From: Candidatus Bathyarchaeota archaeon | Lineage (GTDB): Archaea; Thermoproteota; Bathyarchaeia; Bathyarchaeales; Bathyarchaeaceae | Length of the DNA stretch: 35,065 nt | Reading direction: 5' to 3' | Assembly (NCBI GenBank): GCA_014859755.1 | Contig: JACUTO010000001.1 | Location: 1 to 35,065, forward strand | Translations under genes and position numbers: made by a program | Shown: positions 25,102-33,744 of the stretch, piece by piece | How positions within the stretch are numbered: position 1 is the stretch's first letter | Layout of the letters: each line of letters begins with the position of its first letter | Notes under the pieces: model-generated | Database searches by the model: none | Told to the model about the DNA's origin: nothing | Seen by the model: the letters and a program-made list of their open reading frames with translations, nothing else

Positions 25102-26510
25102 TACAGCGTCCTCAGCTTTTTCATGTGCCTTACGCTTTTTTCTATATGCTCCCTTGATGCAATGTCGTTTCTGTGCCAGAGCGCTCCGCCTCTAATCGCC
25201 TTTATGCCCTCTAAGGAGAGGTCTCTGGCACTCTGGATATCGTCTCCTATGCCGACAACGCACACGGTCCTCGACTTAAGCGCATAAGTTTTTCCTTCCC
25301 TCAACTCCATGGAAGCAGGATAAATCCTAATCTTGTTCCCATATTTTTCGGCCAATTCATGTGCTCCATTTAAATCCACGGGTTTATCCACCTCGTTTCT
25401 GTTCACTCGCTCAGGAAACACTGTTGCGTAGCCGCCGTAGTTTGGTGGAACTTTGTAGGTCACAACGGTCGCCTTTTCCTCAAATTCAACCCTCGTCAAT
25501 TTTCCGTCCAATATTTTGAAGCACACGTCAACGAAATCATCTTTCAGTATAGGCAACAGATTCTGTATCTCCGGATCGCCTGGTCGACTGTTATTTTCTA
25601 AAATTTTTGGTCCTCTGCTCGTATGAATGAAGGCGCCGTAGAAGGGGATGCCCCGCAACCCAGGATTGCTTCCTTTCCCCTTCAACTCTTTGAAGATTTT
25701 GTTCATGATTTCGATTTCTTTCTCCCGGTCCGCTGAAGTCATAAACGGTAATATGGCGCCCACGTCTTTGTAGGAGCCCATCCCACCAGTGTTTGGACCC
25801 TCATCATCATCGAACGCCCTCTTGTAGTCCCGTGTCTCTGGCAAAGGAACCAAATGCTTCCCATCGCAGAAGGCTTGGAAGCTGGATTCTTCGCCCTCGA
25901 TTTTTTCCTCTATTATCACCGGGCCATATTCATAATTGGCTAGGAAATGTTCGAAGATTTGTTCGCGGGTGTTGAAATGGTCTCCCCAGACGCCGACTCC
26001 CTTTCCTGCGGCTGGGTTATCAGGCTTCACGGCAACTTTGTTGTCAAGTTCGTCTAGCCAAGCGTAGAGGTTTTTTCTCACTTGCCCTGGGCTGATGTAA
26101 TCTTTTGGGTCGAATACCTTGAATTTTGGGTTGACTTCTGGAGCAACTTTTTGGAATAAATATCGTTGCGCAACCTTGCTTCCTTCAATGGCGTATCTTT
26201 TCGTTGGGCAGATCATAGGTATGCGAGTTTCTTTCTCGACAACATCTCTTAAGCCGTCAATTATCGGCTTTTCAGGGCCAACCATCCCGAAGTCTATGTG
26301 ATCTTCATATTTTTTGGCAAACTCACAGATTTCTTCGACGTTGAGGTCGGGAATAACAACGTGTCTTTTTGCTTTTTCCACGTTGAAGGGATTCTTTTGC
26401 TTGTCGGCAACGTAGATTTCTGCTGCGTAATTTTCGCTGCGACTGAAGGCGTCTACCATCGCAGCCGCCCTTGAACCATAAGAAACAACTAGGATGCCGA
26501 CTTTTTCCAT
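25101..26510 (-). CDS. purD: GAR synthetase (phosphoribosylamine-glycine ligase)
   Basis: The ORF is open from the TTG at 26525. I prefer the ATG at 26510, which lies 8 nt after GAGGG. Motifs are KVGILVVSYGSRAAAM, GPNTGGMGSY and ATP-grasp features. Confidence 0.9.
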   Translation of the reverse strand: MEKVGILVVSYGSRAAAMVDAFSRSENYAAEIYVADKQKNPFNVEKAKRHVVIPDLNVEEICEFAKKYEDHIDFGMVGPEKPIIDGLRDVVEKETRIPMICPTKRYAIEGSKVAQRYLFQKVAPEVNPKFKVFDPKDYISPGQVRKNLYAWLDELDNKVAVKPDNPAAGKGVGVWGDHFNTREQIFEHFLANYEYGPVIIEEKIEGEESSFQAFCDGKHLVPLPETRDYKRAFDDDEGPNTGGMGSYKDVGAILPFMTSADREKEIEIMNKIFKELKGKGSNPGLRGIPFYGAFIHTSRGPKILENNSRPGDPEIQNLLPILKDDFVDVCFKILDGKLTRVEFEEKATVVTYKVPPNYGGYATVFPERVNRNEVDKPVDLNGAHELAEKYGNKIRIYPASMELREGKTYALKSRTVCVVGIGDDIQSARDLSLEGIKAIRGGALWHRNDIASREHIEKSVRHMKKLRTL

Positions 26511-26549
26511 TAAATCATCCCTCAAAAGATAGAAGTTTCAGCCATATCG

Positions 26550-28064
26550 TTAATGGGTGGCAACCTCGTATATTCTTCCAGTTTCTTTATATCCCTTCTC
26601 AAATCTTTCCTTCATTTCATCTGCCAGTTTCTGAGCCATCGGAGTAGGATATTTCTCGGTAATGCATCCTAGACACAATTCGTTTCTGCTTAAACCAGTG
26701 GCTTTGACAAGCCCGTCCACTGATTGATATTTCACTGCGTCGGCGCCTACTATTTTAGCTATTTCTTCAGCTTCATATCGGGATCCTATCAACTCACCAT
26801 AGGTTGCCATGTCAACTCCATAGAAGCAAGGACCTATTATTCTGGGGAAAGTGATAAACAAATAGACTTTCTTTGCTCCCATTTTGCGTAGTTTCTTCAC
26901 CACAACCTTGGTCGTGTCGCCTCTAACGATGCTGTCGTCGACTACTGCAACGTTCTTCCCAACCATTTTGTGGTCGATGATGTTGATTTTTCTGTCTATT
27001 GTCGTGTATCGTTCCTCCGGCAGCAGAATAAAAGCCCGCTCTGTCACATACCTGTGTCTTCTTGACGCCCTTTCCCATCTTTTGCCTGTTAGTTCGTGAA
27101 GACCGAAGGCAGCGTCGTTACCTGTCTCCGGCATTGATATGATTATGTCCACATCTTCTGTGGTTTCAGGATATTCCCTTCCAAGGTTCCTTCCAAATTC
27201 TTCTCTCACTTCATATACAAACTTGTCTCCTAACATCGAGTCTGGTCTGGCGAAATAGGCAAACTCGAAGGCACATAGTGCCCTTTTTTCGCATCTTACT
27301 AGTTGCTCTCGAACAAAACCATCCTCTGAGGCAGTCACAAGTTCTCCCGGATTTATCTCAAAATCAAACTCAAGACCGTTGATATCTAAACCAACGGTTT
27401 CTGAAGATACTGCGCAGGTCTTGCGGTCTTCGCTGTAGCCGCAACACAGCGGTCTTATTCCGTAGGGGTCTTTGAAGGCAAACAATTCTCCTTTTTGGGT
27501 TATTCCAGCTACGGAAAAAGCGCCTTCAATTTCTTTCATGCAACTCCTAACAGACGAAGCTAGATCGCCCTCTTTCCTGAGTTTCAGGAGAAGCTTTCTG
27601 GAAATTAGTTGCGCATCGAAATTGTATTGGAAGCTTGGGAATTTTCCTTTTATTTCCCTTGTTATTTTGGGACCGTTAACAATGTTCCCGTTGAACGATA
27701 TCGCAATTTTCGTCTTCCCTGCTCTCTCCAGTATTGGTGCGGCGCTCTTCACCAACGATTGTTCATCTGTTCCGCCAGAGGTTGTGTATCTCACGTGTCC
27801 TAGGCCCACATGTCCAGGAAGCTTTCTGACCCATTTCTGAATGGCCTCTCTTTTTATCTTAGGAACCAGATCCAGACCTCTATGGGCATGGAATCTCCCA
27901 TCAAAAGTAAGAAATCCGTGGGACTGATGGCCGCGATGATTCTGGCCTCTTAGTCCCCAGTAAACGTAAGGAAACACTGGTCTGTGCTCGAAATCCAGGG
28001 CTCCGAAAACTCCACAAGCTTCTTTTAAATGTTCTAGCATATTTTTAACTATGAAATTAGCCAT
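26550..28064 (-). CDS. purF: Amidophosphoribosyltransferase
   Basis: 504 aa. The Ntn catalytic Cys lies in CGVFGA after a 16-residue leader. It has the PRTase motif VAVVDDSIVRGDT and Cys residues (CFYGVDM, CLGCI) placed like the 4Fe-4S ligands of cluster-containing PurF enzymes. Confidence 0.9.
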   Translation of the reverse strand: MANFIVKNMLEHLKEACGVFGALDFEHRPVFPYVYWGLRGQNHRGHQSHGFLTFDGRFHAHRGLDLVPKIKREAIQKWVRKLPGHVGLGHVRYTTSGGTDEQSLVKSAAPILERAGKTKIAISFNGNIVNGPKITREIKGKFPSFQYNFDAQLISRKLLLKLRKEGDLASSVRSCMKEIEGAFSVAGITQKGELFAFKDPYGIRPLCCGYSEDRKTCAVSSETVGLDINGLEFDFEINPGELVTASEDGFVREQLVRCEKRALCAFEFAYFARPDSMLGDKFVYEVREEFGRNLGREYPETTEDVDIIISMPETGNDAAFGLHELTGKRWERASRRHRYVTERAFILLPEERYTTIDRKINIIDHKMVGKNVAVVDDSIVRGDTTKVVVKKLRKMGAKKVYLFITFPRIIGPCFYGVDMATYGELIGSRYEAEEIAKIVGADAVKYQSVDGLVKATGLSRNELCLGCITEKYPTPMAQKLADEMKERFEKGYKETGRIYEVATH

Positions 28065-28121
28065 TTATCAACTTTTACTACAACTTTAAGTTAAAACCAG
28101 CGATGGATAACCTTGTTGCAG

Positions 28122-29297
28122 CTAAGCTGTTAGGATCTCTTCAGCGTTCCTAATGAGGTTTTCTTTTCTATCGACGGGAACGACAACGTTGGCTGCGTAT
28201 TCGTGACCGTCGGCTATACCGAAACCCTTAGACGCTTGTATCAGGAGGTTAACGGCGCCAAGGGTTTTTCCTTGACTAATCAGAGTCTGCACGTTCCTTG
28301 GGACTCTAACAGAAATCTTCGCAAAGGCTTTCTTCAACTTCCCCCATTCAGGTATGTCAGATGGCACGTTTACGATGCCGAAAATATACTTGCTAGGTTT
28401 TATTAATCGTCCTTGATAAGACAGGAACGAACAAAATTGGCCTATGACCTTTGTACCCATGCCCTTGTACATGTCGCCAGCGTCGAACCATTGAATATGG
28501 TCTGTTTCTTTTAGTCTCTCACGGTAAAGCCTTGCTATAAGACGTTTGTTCACCTTTTTCCTCCGCTCTTCCAATTCATTGATTTTCTTTTTTGTTTGGT
28601 CTGTTATCCCTTCTAGGCAGACTTTGATTCCAAGTTCGGGTCCTCCCTCATAGTAGCCCACCGCCCCCAAAATTTGAAGCTTCGAGAAAAGGCTGTGGAT
28701 GCGGGTTCCAAATCTTACGATCTTGATTTTCTTCCCCTCGCCCTGAACAACACCGTTCTTGATGGCTTCATCTAAAACAACTTTATTCAAGCCTGTCCAG
28801 CCGGTTGGAATCTCGCAACTTCCTACCAAGGCTAGGTAGGAGAGGTCTGTGTTGCTTTCGTTGAGGGCTTTTGCGAATAAGTAGCAGCAAGTGGCTCCTG
28901 AGAAATCGCTTTCTCCGCGGAAGCCGTAGTTCTCGAGGTTGAGGTCGTAAACTCTGGGGTCAGTTGCTGGTGTGGGATCGTGGTGATCCAAGATTATGGT
29001 TAGGTTTCGACCAGCATTGCATTCTGAGATGAAGTCGGCGTGGGAGGAGCCAATATCAGCGTAGAAGATTGTTCTGCCCACGCTTTCATGAAGACTCTCG
29101 ATGACCTCCGGATAGATCTTTTCCAAACAAAATGTTCTGACCCCATAATCCTCTCGCTCCAACGCTGCCTTTACAACTGCAGCGGAGCAGAGACCGTCTG
29201 CGTCATCGTGATGAACCAAAATCACTTCTTTAGGTTTTTCTTGCTTCAACTCAGAAATTGCTGTTGCAACTTTTTTCCCAAACTCTTCGTGATTCAT
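28122..29297 (-). CDS. DHH/DHHA1-family phosphoesterase (RecJ/NrnA-like)
   Basis: 391 aa. Motifs are VHHDDADGLCSAA, ILDHHDP and the DHHA1-like ADGHEYAAN. Confidence 0.75.
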   Translation of the reverse strand: MNHEEFGKKVATAISELKQEKPKEVILVHHDDADGLCSAAVVKAALEREDYGVRTFCLEKIYPEVIESLHESVGRTIFYADIGSSHADFISECNAGRNLTIILDHHDPTPATDPRVYDLNLENYGFRGESDFSGATCCYLFAKALNESNTDLSYLALVGSCEIPTGWTGLNKVVLDEAIKNGVVQGEGKKIKIVRFGTRIHSLFSKLQILGAVGYYEGGPELGIKVCLEGITDQTKKKINELEERRKKVNKRLIARLYRERLKETDHIQWFDAGDMYKGMGTKVIGQFCSFLSYQGRLIKPSKYIFGIVNVPSDIPEWGKLKKAFAKISVRVPRNVQTLISQGKTLGAVNLLIQASKGFGIADGHEYAANVVVPVDRKENLIRNAEEILTA

Positions 29298-29334
29298 GAG
29301 GACCTCCCAACTGAGACAAATGTAAGGATGCTTA

Positions 29335-29877
29335 TTAGATGGTTTTGGAAACGATTTTTAGCAGGTCTGATCGGGTTATTATGCCTACGACATCACCCTT
29401 CTTCACGACCAGCACACCTGGATGATCTTCTAGGAGGGGTTTGATCATGCTGACACTCGTTTCTTCTGGAACACTTGGTAGGGGTGGCTGCATCACTCTC
29501 TCAACTTTCTCATCTGCAATGGTTGAACTCAGATTTCTGATGATGCTCTCCTCCGTAACCGTGCCTATCACTCTTTTATTTTCGATGACAGGCAACTGAG
29601 ATATGGCGTGTTTCATCATGAGTTCACTTACTCTCACAATTTTGTCGGTAGGCTTGACGGAAATGACTCGCTTTGTCATGACTTCCCCGCAGTTTTTTCC
29701 TTCTCCTTCGGTTAGAACTTGGAGAATTTTGTTCACTGTCGACAATCTGGGGTCCACTCTTCCGCCCTCGATTTTGGCGATGTGGGCTTGTGAAACTCCT
29801 ACCAGCTCTGCTAGTTTTCTTTGAGTCAGTTCTGCATCTAATCTTAACTTTTTCAGCGCAGGTCCCGTTATGATCAT
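29335..29877 (-). CDS. XRE-type HTH plus CBS-pair transcriptional regulator
   Basis: 180 aa. The N-terminal HTH is LTQRKLAELVGVSQAHIAKIEGG. It is followed by two CBS-like repeats (VMTKRVISVKPTDKI...QLPVIE; VMQPPLPSVPEE...VLVVKKGDVVGIITRSDLL). Confidence 0.8.
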   Translation of the reverse strand: MIITGPALKKLRLDAELTQRKLAELVGVSQAHIAKIEGGRVDPRLSTVNKILQVLTEGEGKNCGEVMTKRVISVKPTDKIVRVSELMMKHAISQLPVIENKRVIGTVTEESIIRNLSSTIADEKVERVMQPPLPSVPEETSVSMIKPLLEDHPGVLVVKKGDVVGIITRSDLLKIVSKTI

Positions 29878-29879
29878 TG

Positions 29880-29894
29880 ATAACCCAAGGTTAT
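29880..29894. promoter_or_regulatory. Candidate operator: perfect inverted repeat ATAACC-CAA-GGTTAT between the TATA box and the ATG of the HTH-CBS gene
   Basis: ATAACC (29880-29885) and GGTTAT (29889-29894) are reverse complements. On the minus strand the order is TATATAAAAAA, then the palindrome, then the ATG at 29877. It sits in the shared divergent spacer with the SAM synthetase gene. Confidence 0.5.
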
Positions 29895-29965
29895 TTTTTA
29901 TATACTTTTAATATCACAAGATATATATTTAGTTGCTGTTTATAAGCCTTCGTCAAGGTGTTTAC

Positions 29966-31174
29966 ATGCGAAACATGCTGATCAACGGTTTAAACCAAAC
30001 ACCAATTGAGAAACAAAAACTTGAAATCGTGGAAAGGAAAGGTCTCGGCCATCCTGACTCCATTTGCGACGCCATCATGGATCAGGTATCAGTAAGGCTG
30101 AGCAGAGCCTATTTGGAGAAGTTTGGGGCGATCATGCACCACAATGCTGACAAGTCTCTGCTGGTTGCGGGTGAAATTGAAACCATATTCGGCGGAGGTT
30201 CAGTGAAGAAGCCCATGCTTCTCATATTTGGCGACAGAGCAACCTTCGAAGTTGACGGGATTAGCCTACCCATCAAGGAAATGACCATTCAAACGGCGAA
30301 GGGATGGTTCAAGAAAAACCTTAGATTTGTGGATCCAGAAAAACACGTAAAGTATCAAGTGGAGTTACAACCGGGATCTTCGGAGCTCACGGACATCTTC
30401 AAGAGGAAGGGAATGATCCTTGGCGCCAACGATACCTCTGCGGCTGTGGGCTATGCGCCCATGACAAGAACAGAGAATATTGTTCTGGAAACCGAAAGGT
30501 ACGTGAATTCTAATGATTTCAAGAAGAGGTTTCCTGAGTCAGGGGAAGATGTAAAGGTGATGGGGTTTAGAAGAGGAGCGAATCTGAATATAACCATCGC
30601 CATGGCTTTCGTTGACCGCTTCGTCGAAAGTGAGAGGGATTACTTCAGAAAAAAGGCTGAGCTTCTAGAGGAGATAAAAAGGTTCGTGAAGGAAAAGGTG
30701 GATTTTGAAAACGTCACGGTGGATTTGAACACTCTGGACGCGAAGGGGAGGGGAATAGGCGGAGTCTATTTAACCGTGCTGGGCACCAGCGCAGACGGTG
30801 CGGATTCGGGTCAGGTTGGTAGGGGGAATAGAGTGAACGGTGTCATACCTTTGAACAGACCTGTATGTTCCGAGGCAGCAGCAGGAAAGAATCCGGTTAG
30901 TCACGTTGGGAAAATCTACAATCTTTTGACCCATAAGATTGCCAACAGCATCTATGAGCAGGTGCCTGGAATAGAGGAGGTTTACATATGGCTTTTGAGT
31001 CAGATAGGTAAGCCGATTGATCAGCCCGCCATAGCCGCTGCTCAGGTCGTAATGAAATCTGGAAACTCCTTCGAGCATGTTCAGAAAGAAATAGAAGAAG
31101 TTGTGGACTCTGAACTTGAAAACATAGAAAAATTCTGCATGGATCTGGCTTACGGAAAAATTCCAATCTGCTAA
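29966..31174 (+). CDS. mat: Archaeal-type S-adenosylmethionine synthetase
   Basis: The ORF is open from the TTG at 29933. The ATG at 29966 lies 5 nt after AAGGTG and gives MRNMLINGL...EIVERKGLGHPDSICD. Other motifs are GDDVKVMG-like EDVKVMGFRRG, GRGNRVNG and GKNPVSHVGKIYN, all characteristic of the archaeal MAT family. Confidence 0.92.
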   Translation: MRNMLINGLNQTPIEKQKLEIVERKGLGHPDSICDAIMDQVSVRLSRAYLEKFGAIMHHNADKSLLVAGEIETIFGGGSVKKPMLLIFGDRATFEVDGISLPIKEMTIQTAKGWFKKNLRFVDPEKHVKYQVELQPGSSELTDIFKRKGMILGANDTSAAVGYAPMTRTENIVLETERYVNSNDFKKRFPESGEDVKVMGFRRGANLNITIAMAFVDRFVESERDYFRKKAELLEEIKRFVKEKVDFENVTVDLNTLDAKGRGIGGVYLTVLGTSADGADSGQVGRGNRVNGVIPLNRPVCSEAAAGKNPVSHVGKIYNLLTHKIANSIYEQVPGIEEVYIWLLSQIGKPIDQPAIAAAQVVMKSGNSFEHVQKEIEEVVDSELENIEKFCMDLAYGKIPIC

Positions 31175-31260
31175 GTTTTAGACGTTTCCGCACGGTTTCT
31201 ACTTGCGTTTCCTGAAAATCTTAAGCCTATCCATCTCTAAGACGAAGTCGAATCCTGCTT

Positions 31261-31566
31261 CTATGAGAGCTCTTCTGTCACCCTTCTATATAGTTCAGCC
31301 CCTGTTTCTATTCCAACAAAAGCCACTACGTTAAATCCAACTTTTTTGCTGTCTAGAACCACTGTAAAAGCCTTGATTATGCCTTTCTCTTTCAACCTTG
31401 TGATTTTATCGTAGACGGTTGAGCTGGCAACTCCCGTTCTTCCAGAGATCTCTGCATAGCTCATTCTACCATCCTTCTGCAACTCCATTAAGATTTTTAA
31501 ATCAGACTCGTCCAAGCTAGCTAGTGGAACATCACCGAATACAAGTGACCAATTCCGACGATTCAC
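31261..31566 (-). CDS. Lrp/AsnC-family regulator, short (HTH plus incomplete effector domain)
   Basis: The ORF has 101 aa from a GTG start. A TTG at 31515 would give the canonical LDESDLKILMEL N-terminus. The HTH is MSYAEISGRTGVASSTVYDKITRLKEKGII. The ORF stops early in the RAM domain. Confidence 0.7.
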   Translation of the reverse strand: MNRRNWSLVFGDVPLASLDESDLKILMELQKDGRMSYAEISGRTGVASSTVYDKITRLKEKGIIKAFTVVLDSKKVGFNVVAFVGIETGAELYRRVTEELS

Positions 31567-31656
31567 AACCTTTTCTCCCAGATTTGCGGAATATCACCGG
31601 AACTTCAATAAAATGTTTAATATCATTTTAATCATATATTGAGTGAAGGTGATCAT

Positions 31657-33132
31657 GTGGAAGCGCTAGTTTTGGCTGCTGGTGAAGGAAGCAGGCTCGG
31701 AAAGTTGACCAAGCGAAAGCCGAAGGCTCTTCTTCGCGTCGCGGGTATGCCGCTGCTAGGACGGATTCTTCACGGTCTCAAGGAGGCGGGAGTGCGGGAC
31801 GTTTGGATAGTAGTTGGGTATAAAGCAGACGTGATTCGAGAAAAGATTGGTGCGAATTATGCAGGTCTCAACATTCAGTTTGTAGAAGCTAAGCGCTGGA
31901 AGAAAGGGAACCTCTATTCTCTTCTAGCTGCACAAGAGATCTTTCAGCAAAATTTTCTACTTTGCATGTGCGATCACATCTTTGACGCCGAAATCCCGAA
32001 AAGCCTCATCAACAACGGGTCTAAGAAAGCACTTGTTCTGGCCATCGACAAAGTGTCAGAGGAAGACACCAAGGTGCTTGAGCAAAACGGCAAAATCCTA
32101 GATATAGGCAAGAAGATTAACCGATCAGACGTTGCTATTGACACCGGATTTTTCCTCTGTTCACCCAAGATTTTCGAGTACGCCAACGAAGCCGCGCAAC
32201 AAGGGGCGAAGGAGTTGGCGGACTGCGTTCGAGTTGCGGGTCGAAACGGAGATACACAAGTAGTTGATGTAAGCGGACACTTATGGGCGGATATCGATAC
32301 GAAGCAAGATCTTGACCGTGCCAAAAGGTTGCTTGTTGAAGATTCACAGAAGAAGCGCGGGCCCTCAGATTTTGTTGCCCACCACCTTAACCGACCAATA
32401 GAAAACGCCATCCTCTACCGTATATCGGATTGGCTGTTCATAACTCCAAACCGACTGACCATTGCCACGAATGTGCTTGCTTGGTTCGTTACATATCTCT
32501 TCTTTTCCGGACATCTCGTGACCGGGTCTATCTTGACGTTCGTAGTTGGCATTATGGACGGATTAGATGGAAAACTGGCAAGGATAAGGAGGCGACAAAC
32601 GAGGCTCGGCCGCATGGAACATCCATTTGATATGCTGTACGAGTTTTCATGGCTCATCGCTTTGGCCCTATTCTTAAGCAGAACTCAAGGTCTCTTACCA
32701 CTTGAGCTTTGCATGTTCTCGCTCATGTTCATAGCCTTCTATAGATTCTGCTACGACCAGTTCTCAAGAACGATGAAGGTCAGTTTGGATATATACGGGC
32801 GGTTCGAACAAACTTTTAGGAGAGTCGCTGGTAGGAGAAACATCTACAATGTCTACATCTTTTTCGGGGTCATTTTTGATGTGCCACTTTACTCCCTCTT
32901 TGCAATCCTATTTCACTCAGCACTTACGGCGGTAGCTTATGCCTGCAGAGCATCCGTACACATGCATGCAGCTGATAGATTGAGCACACTTACGTTGAAT
33001 GCGCGCACAGAAGAAAGCTCATCAAAAAACATCAACTTAAGGCGATTAGGCACCTTCGTTTGCAACAAGTTAAATCGTACATGTTGTCCCCCATTCGTGG
33101 CTCAAAATTTGGGTGACTTAAAGGCGATTTAG
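31657..33132 (+). CDS. Bifunctional nucleotidyltransferase / CDP-alcohol phosphatidyltransferase (IPCT/DIPPS-like)
   Basis: The ORF is open from the TTG at 31639. The GTG at 31657 lies 4 nt after AGGTGA. The N-terminal domain is an NTP-transferase (LVLAAGEGSRLG...KPKALL). The C-terminal domain is membrane-embedded, with ITPNRLT and DGLDGKLAR. Confidence 0.65.
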   Translation: MEALVLAAGEGSRLGKLTKRKPKALLRVAGMPLLGRILHGLKEAGVRDVWIVVGYKADVIREKIGANYAGLNIQFVEAKRWKKGNLYSLLAAQEIFQQNFLLCMCDHIFDAEIPKSLINNGSKKALVLAIDKVSEEDTKVLEQNGKILDIGKKINRSDVAIDTGFFLCSPKIFEYANEAAQQGAKELADCVRVAGRNGDTQVVDVSGHLWADIDTKQDLDRAKRLLVEDSQKKRGPSDFVAHHLNRPIENAILYRISDWLFITPNRLTIATNVLAWFVTYLFFSGHLVTGSILTFVVGIMDGLDGKLARIRRRQTRLGRMEHPFDMLYEFSWLIALALFLSRTQGLLPLELCMFSLMFIAFYRFCYDQFSRTMKVSLDIYGRFEQTFRRVAGRRNIYNVYIFFGVIFDVPLYSLFAILFHSALTAVAYACRASVHMHAADRLSTLTLNARTEESSSKNINLRRLGTFVCNKLNRTCCPPFVAQNLGDLKAI

Positions 33133-33144
33133 TCGGTAGAAAGG

Positions 33145-33744
33145 TTAAATGGCACCCAAAAGAAGGACTATGGCTACTATGAGTATTCCAGCGGCAACCG
33201 TCTGGACGCCGTATAACAAAATGTTCTCCTTCGCGATTCTCCCCAGATAAAGGCCTAAAGAAAACAATGTGATTAAGGTGAGGATGAATGAGACAATGTA
33301 GGCGTCCCAGATGACAAACGTTCCCGTCAACGTGAGGATGAAGGGAATAAGAGAGATCACCGCCGTCAACATAGGTGATGCGCCGTCAATAAATGCGGCA
33401 TACACAGAAACAAAGTCCGAAGCATCACTGAGTATAGAGTCGCTGAGATCGGTGAGCATGGCAGCCTCGAGCGTTTTAAGATGTCTCTTTCTCTCGGCCT
33501 TTTCAGTCATGTAGGCGCCGAAAAGGCCAGACACCCCCATAGCTAGACATGCCCCTAACCCTGCGGTGACGATTATTTCAGGCTCTGTGACTCCCACGCT
33601 CCAAGAGCCGATAATAATGCCAAGTATGGTCATTGAGCCGTCAAAACCGTTCTTGATGAAGTATCTTCTGGCAATAGGAGTCATTTGCGTAATCTGTAGA
33701 TATCGTCTAATTCTTCGGAAGAAAGTTTTAACGCGTTTTATCAT
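33145..33744 (-). CDS. VIT1/CCC1-like membrane protein (putative Fe/Mn transporter family)
   Basis: 199 aa. Features are FDGSMTILGIIIG and AGLGACLAMGVSGLFGAYMTEKAERKRH, followed by three C-terminal TM helices. The architecture resembles the VIT1 family. Confidence 0.5.
   Translation of the reverse strand: MIKRVKTFFRRIRRYLQITQMTPIARRYFIKNGFDGSMTILGIIIGSWSVGVTEPEIIVTAGLGACLAMGVSGLFGAYMTEKAERKRHLKTLEAAMLTDLSDSILSDASDFVSVYAAFIDGASPMLTAVISLIPFILTLTGTFVIWDAYIVSFILTLITLFSLGLYLGRIAKENILLYGVQTVAAGILIVAIVLLLGAI

Noticed and set aside
26550-28064. Long 16-residue leader before the catalytic Cys of PurF as something unusual
   Set aside because: Propeptides before the Ntn Cys are known in PurF enzymes. 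An internal ATG (MLEHLKEAC) could also shorten it. Not noteworthy without experimental data.
8417-32657. Numerous 60-145-aa ORFs antisense to or out of frame within the large genes (e.g. 9756-10052, 12547-12840, 16633-16911, 23978-24346, 24362-24691, 27472-27840, 31974-32411)
   Set aside because: Each is fully embedded in a longer ORF with clear family motifs. They are Ser/Leu/Pro/Arg-rich, as expected for shadow frames.
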